Assembly: GCA_951406725.2 (NCBI GenBank)
Contig: OX597816.1
Coordinates: 27,900,001-27,964,000 of the forward strand
Reading direction: 5' to 3'
DNA length: 64,000 nt
DNA from: Octopus vulgaris
Lineage: Eukaryota
Shown: positions 56,730-64,000 of the stretch, piece by piece
Layout: each line of letters opens with the position of its first letter
How positions within the stretch are numbered: position 1 is the stretch's first letter
Position numbers and translations under genes: made by a program
Notes under the pieces: generated by a model
Told to the model about the DNA's origin: nothing
The model's input: the letters and a program-made list of their open reading frames with translations, nothing else
The model's database searches: none

Positions 56730-57140
56730 AAGGCGGCGAGTCGGCAGGAAAGTTTTCTCGCCGTGACAAATTGCCTAGCAGCATTTCTTCCGTCTTTACG
56801 TTCTGTTTTCAAGTTTCTCCCTCAGTTGGCTTTTCTTTTTTCTTTTTTTTTTTTTTGTTAATAAACAAGTAACATTTGGGAAGTTGGATCGATGCAGTCG
56901 ATTTCCCAACCAACTTACCGCACATTGCTGGCCTTGTGCCAAAGTTTGTAACTTGCTCTTTTGGTCAGAGTACAAATTTCTCAGAGGTTCATTTTTCCTT
57001 TCATTCTTCGAGGGTAATAAAGTAACTACCAGTTGAGTACTGGGGTCAATGTAATCGACTGACCCCTTCTCCTGAAATTGATGGCTTTGTGCCAAAATCA
57101 CTGTCCTTGTACCACAATTGCTGGCCTTGTGCCAATTTTG
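56730..57140 (+). mobile_element. SINE family A with duplicated 3' half
   Basis: Head aaggcggcgagtcggcag; repeated gctggccttgtgccaa tails. Confidence 0.7.
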
Positions 57141-57772
57141 ATGCGTTCTTAACTGACAGCTGTGCATATATATCTTTATATTCTGTGTTATTGATTTTCG
57201 GTGAATTTATTTATATATAAATATATTACGAAATGCAAAATTTACCGAATCTCATATAGTTTCCTAAAGGTAGATGTACTGGTATTTGTCATATAATGAC
57301 TCATACACTCACACACACACATACACACACACGCACATACACGCAATGCCTCTGTCACACTTTCACATTCTTTTCCCCTAATACACATATATTCGTATGT
57401 GTGTGTTTGTGTAGGCGCGTCACATATACATTCGTGTGTCAGTGTTTCTGTAAGCGTGTGTGTATATATGACCAAGTATCTGTCAGTTTATATTGAATGT
57501 GAGATCTAAAGTAGGAAACACAGTAATAATAGTAGAGACGAGATATTAGGAGTGACTAAGTACAGGTGGAATTAAGGTTGTTAGATCACGGAATCAAAGA
57601 GTGTGGTAGAAGAATTTTAATACCAGGAGAAGAAATGGTACGTCTGTGTACCAATTCAAGGATGTTAGCTAATGATTAAATCGGTGGAATGGAGCTGATG
57701 ATGTGTGCATGTGTGCTTTATTTATGGGTGTGTGTTCTTTGTGTATGTGTGCTTTGTGTGTATGTTTGCATT

Positions 57773-58152
57773 GGAGGCGCAATGGTCCAGTGCTTAGGGC
57801 AGTGGACTCGTGGTCGTAGGATCGCGGTTTCAATCCGCAGACCGGGCGTTGTGAGTGTTTATTGAGGAAAAACACCTGAAGCTCCACCAGGCTCCGGCAG
57901 GGTGGTGGTGGCGAACCCTGCTGCATTCTTTCACGACAACTTTCTCTCACTCTTTCTTCCTGTTTCTGTTGTACCTGTATTTCAAAAGGCCAGCCTTGTC
58001 ACACTCTGTGTCACGCTGAATCTCCCCGGGAACAAAGTTAAGGGTACACGTATCTGTGGAGTGTCCAGCCACTGGCACGTTAATTTCACGAGCAGACTGT
58101 TCTGTTGATCGGATCAACTGGAACCATCATCGTCGTAACCGACGGTGCGCCA
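57773..58152 (+). mobile_element. SINE family C
   Basis: Homology to 9813-10189. Confidence 0.9.
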
Positions 58153-58544
58153 CGATGTGTACTTTGCATGTGTGTGTGCTATCCCTATGTGTGTGTAAGT
58201 GTGTGTGTGTGATTTGCATATGTGTGTATATGTCTATTTGTGTACTGCATGTGTGTAAAACAATAATATCCTTCCAGATGTTCATGCAATATTCTAATGT
58301 GAGCAAAACGTAAACTTTATGAAGGGCAATCAACCGATCACGTCTGAAATTAGACAATAAACCTACTGTTTGAGATGTAGGATGGTAGATTTATGTCAGA
58401 ATAATTTATCGCGTCCAATAACATGGACAGCAACACAATCTAACAGTGGTGTAAAACCACTAGTTTATAAGGGCAGAGGTGTGGTCCATTGAATCGATCG
58501 TAATGTGCTTAGATGCCTATTGTTAATAGAAATAATAATAATGA

Positions 58545-58731
58545 TAACCGTTTCTACTGGAGGCGAAATGCCTCAAATTTGTGGAGTGTTTCACTGATAC
58601 TTAATTTATCGACTCTGAGAGGATGAAAGACAAATTCGACCTCGGCAGAATTTAAACTCAGAACGTAGCGACGGGCGAAATACCGTTAAGCATTTCGTCC
58701 AGTATGCAAACGATTCTGCCAGCACGCCACC

Positions 58732-58733
<2 letters not shown>
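58545..58733 (-). mobile_element. SINE family A
   Basis: Homology to family A. Confidence 0.85.
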
Positions 58734-58801
<68 letters not shown>

Positions 58802-58960
58802 TAATAATAATAATAATAATAAATAATAATAATGATGATGAATTCGTTCGCCAGCTTTGATAGCGCAGAACGTGTTCTTCGCTGACCAGTCAGCAACTGC
58901 TGCCACCGAAACACTAATACAACCCAGCAGGACAATTGGAAAATAACTCTCAAAGACTGG

Positions 58961-59420
58961 AATATCTACAATTTCCTGTCAGTATTTTAAATTTCCATCA
59001 AAATAAGTTTAGAAACTTACATATCTACAGTTTTCGAATACACAAAAGATCAGCTTTAAAATTTTTAATATCTACAACTTTCTGCCTGAGTATCCGAAAA
59101 TGTAAACATCCTTTTTATTGTAAGAACATTATTGTTTTCTGTCTCCGGACTTACAAAAGGTCATCTTTAGATAATTTTAAATCTTTAATATCTACAATTT
59201 TCTTGAAAATGTTACCTTCCTTTTCTTTTCTTTCTCCCTGGGTATTCGAAAATATAAACATCTTTTTTATTGCAAAAACACTACTGTATCTCTGATCGGA
59301 TATACAAACGAATGTGTCTAGAAAATTTAATATCTACAATTTTGTATGAAAGTTTTATCTCTCTTTTTTCCCTGACTACCCGAATATGTACACATACATT
59401 TTATTGTGACAACACAGTTT
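58961..59420 (+). repeat. Degenerate minisatellite (main units about 120-142 bp)
   Basis: atatctaca anchor near 58961, 59021, 59067, 59187, 59329; cctgagtatccgaaaatgtaaacatc..tttattg module three times. Confidence 0.75.
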
Positions 59421-59764
59421 AATGCACGATAAAAAAAATTAAGGAGGTAAGCAGCTGGCAATGTATACAAACTATACAATTACAAAAACTGTAATCCACA
59501 GCAAAACTTATAAAAAACAAAAGAAATGTTTTTAAAAATCTGAAATTCAGAAATTCATCAGTATATTGTGATGAGTGGTCAGTCTACATCTATCCATCAC
59601 TACAGGTTTATAGCTTTAAGTTTATAGTGTGTATGTGCGTGCATATACACACACATACATACATATATACATACACACAGGCGTATGTACGTACATGCAT
59701 ACATGCATGCATGCATACATGCGTGTATACATACATACACACATACATACGTACATATATATGA

Positions 59765-59990
59765 CGAACTAACTGTTACTTTCTCAGATGCAGCACGGAT
59801 TTTTGTCAGTGAACAGGTCGCAGTCTTATAGCGACGAAAATATTTTGACAAATTAAACTTAAATGTTGAAGTGAATCGAACGGCTTTTGTGTGTTTCTTA
59901 AATGGCTTACAAACACCTTCTACGCTGCAATTGTTTTCGTTCCAGCACACGATCTCAGATCAAATCACTTGCTATGCAAATCCATCTCCG

Positions 59991-59994
<4 letters not shown>
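59765..59994 (+). mobile_element. Family H3 TA-anchored element
   Basis: Homologous to 5355-5530; ends catctccgtaat then (TA)n. Confidence 0.78.
59802..59852 (+). ncRNA. Minimal type I hammerhead motif, G3-C8 compensatory core variant
   Basis: tttgtca GUGAACA g gtcgc-agtcttata-gcgac GAAA atat UU tgacaaa. Confidence 0.7.
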
Positions 59995-60029
<35 letters not shown>

Positions 60030-60090
60030 GTGTGTGTGTGTGTGTGCATATATATATATCCATATATATATATATATATATATATATGCA

Positions 60091-60171
<81 letters not shown>

Positions 60172-60409
60172 TCTATCAGTAATTTAAAATGGGGCAAGGT
60201 GAACTGGTTCTTTCCAAGACCAAGGTCAGCGCTCTAATTGATCGCTAGTAGTAGTAATCACATCTGACCGTTGCTGATCCCAAGGTAGCTAGACCTCTTT
60301 TGTCTCCTTATCGCGCAGGAATGCCCATTGCTGATTGCCTCAACATTTGCCGAATGTAATTATAGACCTGAAGAATTTGGTCTTGTCACCAAGCTGCTTC
60401 TCTTCCTCA

Positions 60410-60630
60410 GTTGAAATGACCAGTAAAGGAACTAAAAATTAGTTGAGGATGATCCCTGTTTCACCATTCATGCAGGGAGTGTAAAAGAGCGTATTAAGTG
60501 TTAACTGCAAATGTAGACAGACTGTATACGACACGAAAGAATGGTGGCAGAGGAGTGATCATTGAAGAAGGAGTGAAGGGTGACGCTTGCTGAATATTTG
60601 ATAAATAGTGACGAAGATCTGCTGCAATAT
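60410..60630 (+). pseudogene. Decayed R4/Dong-like post-RT fragment
   Basis: VDRLYTTRKNGGRGVI from 60513 and LAEYLINSDEDLL; upstream resembles 2150-2230. Confidence 0.55.
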
Positions 60631-60738
60631 ACCTGGACCCACATGATTGATATTTTTAAATGCTATAGGTAGAACGATGGTTATAATGATAATCACAGTG
60701 GTTATGGAGATGACATAACGTAAGCACGTTATATATAT

Positions 60739-61401
60739 ATCGACCGCACTACCGCCCTGTCTCCTTCCACCCGCCCACCCCCCAACCGCACCCCCTTCCC
60801 CCTCCTCTTCCACCCCTCTACGCTACCCCTTCGTCGCAAGATACTACGTGCCTTCCGTCGCCTCCAGCTTGATCCCACCACCCGCCCCATTTTCCCTAAC
60901 CCACCCCCGTCCTCTTTCAAACGAACCCGCAATCTGCGTGACCTCATGGTCCACAGCACCCTCTCTCCTTCCCCCTCAGCCCCACACGGATCATTCCCTT
61001 GCTCTAGATCCCGCTGCAACACTTGCCCCTTCATCACCAACACCACCGCTGTCACCGGCTCCAACCAGCATACTGTACGCATTAGGCACTCTTTTACGTG
61101 CACCTCGTCTGGCCTTATTTACTGCATTAAATGCAACCTATGCGGGATGCTGTATGTAGGACAGACGGGACGCCGGTTGTCCGACCGTTTCACTGAACAT
61201 TTGAGGGACGTTCGCCTACACTCTTTTTCTCCCGTCGCACGCCACTTCCGCTCGGCCGGCCATTCCCTAGATGACATCTCAGTGTTTGGTCTCGCCCCCC
61301 ACAATGGTCGCCCACTTTCCAGGCTCCACTTGGAGCAACGCTACATCTTCACCCTACAAACTACCACCCCACACGGACTTAACACAGCCCCCTCCTCTTG
61401 A
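60739..61401 (+). CDS. C-terminal part of a Penelope-like element (Neptune-type) ORF: linker, Cys-rich motif and GIY-YIG endonuclease; 5'-truncated, open without stops
   Basis: IDRTTAL..RTPFPLLFHP..LQLDPTTRPIFPNPP.SSFKRTRNLRDLMVHS; CSRSRCNTCPF..FTC; LIYCIKCNLCGMLYVGQTGRRLSDRFTEH..PVARHF..LEQRYIFTLQTTTPHGLN. Confidence 0.92.
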   Translation: MDRTTALSPSTRPPPNRTPFPLLFHPSTLPLRRKILRAFRRLQLDPTTRPIFPNPPPSSFKRTRNLRDLMVHSTLSPSPSAPHGSFPCSRSRCNTCPFITNTTAVTGSNQHTVRIRHSFTCTSSGLIYCIKCNLCGMLYVGQTGRRLSDRFTEHLRDVRLHSFSPVARHFRSAGHSLDDISVFGLAPHNGRPLSRLHLEQRYIFTLQTTTPHGLNTAPSS

Positions 61402-64000
61402 GATCCGCTTTTTTTTTTTTTTTTTTTTTTTCCCGGATACACCACCCACACACACCCACCCACCTACCTCCCACACGCCTGTTCACACACACACATACGT
61501 AGACCCATCTACGTACATACATTCACACATTTAATCACACACACTTATTGACATACATGCACACACTAACATACAAACCAATATGCACATACACACACAC
61601 ATACATACATACACACACACATACATACTTACACACACACACACACACAGACATACATACACACATACATACACACATACATACGCACATACATACACAC
61701 ACACTCACACACACACACCGCACGTACATACTTCACACACACACACATGCACACATACATGTAGGCACACACATACATACATACCCACACATGCACACCC
61801 TTACACTGAATGCACACACACATACACCTTTTTGCATCCAGACAGCCCCCTCTTTTCTGCTTTCCGGTTTTGGCTAATGGATCCTCGGTTCCCGCGTAGC
61901 GGGGCGTTCGAGGGCCTTTGCGCTCGCGCGCCTTGGCGCGCGCTGGGGGGATTGGCCGGCCCCTTGGGCTTGCGTTGTATTGCTTGTGCGTTGTGTGCGT
62001 GAGCGCGCTTCGTGTGTGTGGGCTTGCTTCGGATGTGCGCGTGCGTATGTATGCATACATTCCCACACACTCGCATGCATCCCTACCCACATATATACAC
62101 GCGCACCTACTCACACACACACACACATACATACATACACACACATACCCGCACACACACACACATACATACATACACACACATACCTACTTCAGACATA
62201 CACACACACAGACATACACCCATACACTCACACTCACACGCATACACACACACACATACACACGCACACGTACACATACACACACACACACACACATACA
62301 TACATACATTACACTTGTACACACACACACTTACATTCATACACACACACACCTACACAGCCATACCCTCACTCAGACACACACACCTACCTACACACAC
62401 ACACAAACACACACAGACACACACCCATACATACATACATCTACACACACACGCCTACACACATACATACACACATACATAAACACACACACATACACAC
62501 ACACACACATACGCACACACACATATACTTATACACATGCACACACACACACACATACATACATACACCCATACACATACACACACACATACCTACATAC
62601 TCCTATACGCACATACATACACACAGACATACACACATACACACTCACACACACATACACACACACATACTTACACACACACTCACCTGCACGCGCACAC
62701 ACATGCATGACAAACACCCATACACTCACACTCACATACGCACACACCAACATAAACACGCACACGCACACACACACCTACACTCCCACACACACACACA
62801 CGCACCTACATACACACACGCACGCATACACATACACACGCACACACACGCATACACACATACATTACACACGTACACACACACCTACATACACACACAC
62901 ACACAAACATGCACGGACACACCCAGACATACATACATACACCTATATACACACGCCCACACACCTACATACACACACATATACACACGCCCACACACCT
63001 ACATACACACACATACATACACACACATACACGGACACACCCATACATACTTACATACATACACCTATACACACACGCCTACACACCTACATACACACAC
63101 ATGCATACACACACACATGTACGCACATACACACACATATACGCACATACATATATACACACACACATGCACACACACACACATACGCACATGCATGCAT
63201 GCACACGCGCACACCTACATGCATACACACACACACGCACGTACACATACATACATACACATACACATACATACACCCATACACATACATGCATCCTACA
63301 CACACATACATACACACTCACACATACATACACACACACACACTCACTCACACACCTGTATGTACGCGCACACACATGCACATACACACACCTCCACACA
63401 CCCACACGTACATACATACACACTCATACACATACACACACACACACACACGGACATACATCTATGCACACACACATATACACACATACTCACATACATT
63501 CATCGGACACACTGACACCCAGACATACACACAGACACACTCACACATCCACACACATACATACTTACGCGCATACTCGCAGGCGCGCGCACGCACGCGC
63601 TTGCGCCGGTTCGCGTACGCATACGCGCTGCATGCACCTCGCTCTTGGACCCGACGAGACCACCCGCTCGTTCCTGGGACCGTCGCTTGTCGTTGGGTTT
63701 TCCCACGCCCGTCTCCGCGGGACCACTCTTCCATCTTCCCCTCAGCTGGGGTCCTTTTTCCTTAACCCCCCCTTTTTTCGTTACACACACGCGCGCACAT
63801 ATACACACATTGCTTAAATATATACATTACTCTTACACACATTCAATCTACTCGCCATTAATACTACCACGACACTGGACACACACACACACTACTACTC
63901 AACACACGCTGGCACGCTACATACGCCCCCACCCCTTCCCCTCCCTCCCTTCCTCCTTCCTTCTTTTTCTTACTACTGACCACTATCTGCTATGCCGACT
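60740..64000 (+). mobile_element. 5'-truncated PLE insertion in (TA)n with a long CA-rich 3' region, probably continuing past the window
   Basis: Starts directly after atatatatat; abrupt shift to C-rich, CpG-rich composition that persists to the window end. Confidence 0.65.

Noticed and set aside
58961-59420. CRISPR-like repeat-spacer pattern
   Set aside because: Anchors are short and irregularly spaced, the spacers are mutually homologous, the context is eukaryotic, and there are no cas genes.
63649-63697. CCGACGA gac...gtc motif in the PLE tail
   Set aside because: GAAA is absent (gctt instead); better explained as a simple hairpin.
61918-63765. 615-aa His/Thr-rich ORF and overlapping long ORFs
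   Set aside because: Translation of CA-rich simple repeats that lack stop codons; no domain content.

Overview
AT-rich, microsatellite-saturated eukaryotic DNA with no confidently identifiable host protein-coding gene. The repeat repertoire strongly resembles an Octopus (coleoid cephalopod) intron or intergenic region; this is inferred from recognising the SINE families, not from a search. Almost all long ORFs in the track are translations of (TA)n, (CA)n, (TATC)n, (TATG)n and (AAT)n. Real coding remnants are all transposon-derived: R4/Dong-like RT, Tx1/L1-like RT and zf-RVT, CR1-like, three Tc1/mariner relics, and the intact 3' end of a Neptune-type Penelope-like element (PLE) with a GIY-YIG endonuclease at 60740-61401. 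The most notable signal is about 14 short (130-490 bp) non-coding inserts from several unrelated families, mostly embedded in (TA)n arrays, carrying intact or decayed type I hammerhead ribozyme (HHR) motifs. These include a textbook HHR (41530-41599), compensatory core variants at the 3-8 pair (C-G, U-A, G-C), and one element whose inverted tail spans its own head-to-tail junction, which suggests a circular or multimeric RNA template. Together they point to a PLE-mobilised, (TA)n-targeted, retrozyme-like system. Other retroelements appear to occupy other microsatellites: Tx1-like in (TATC)n, and a non-coding family plus R4/Dong near (AAT)n. All motifs were read and folded by eye; boundaries of degenerate repeats are approximate.
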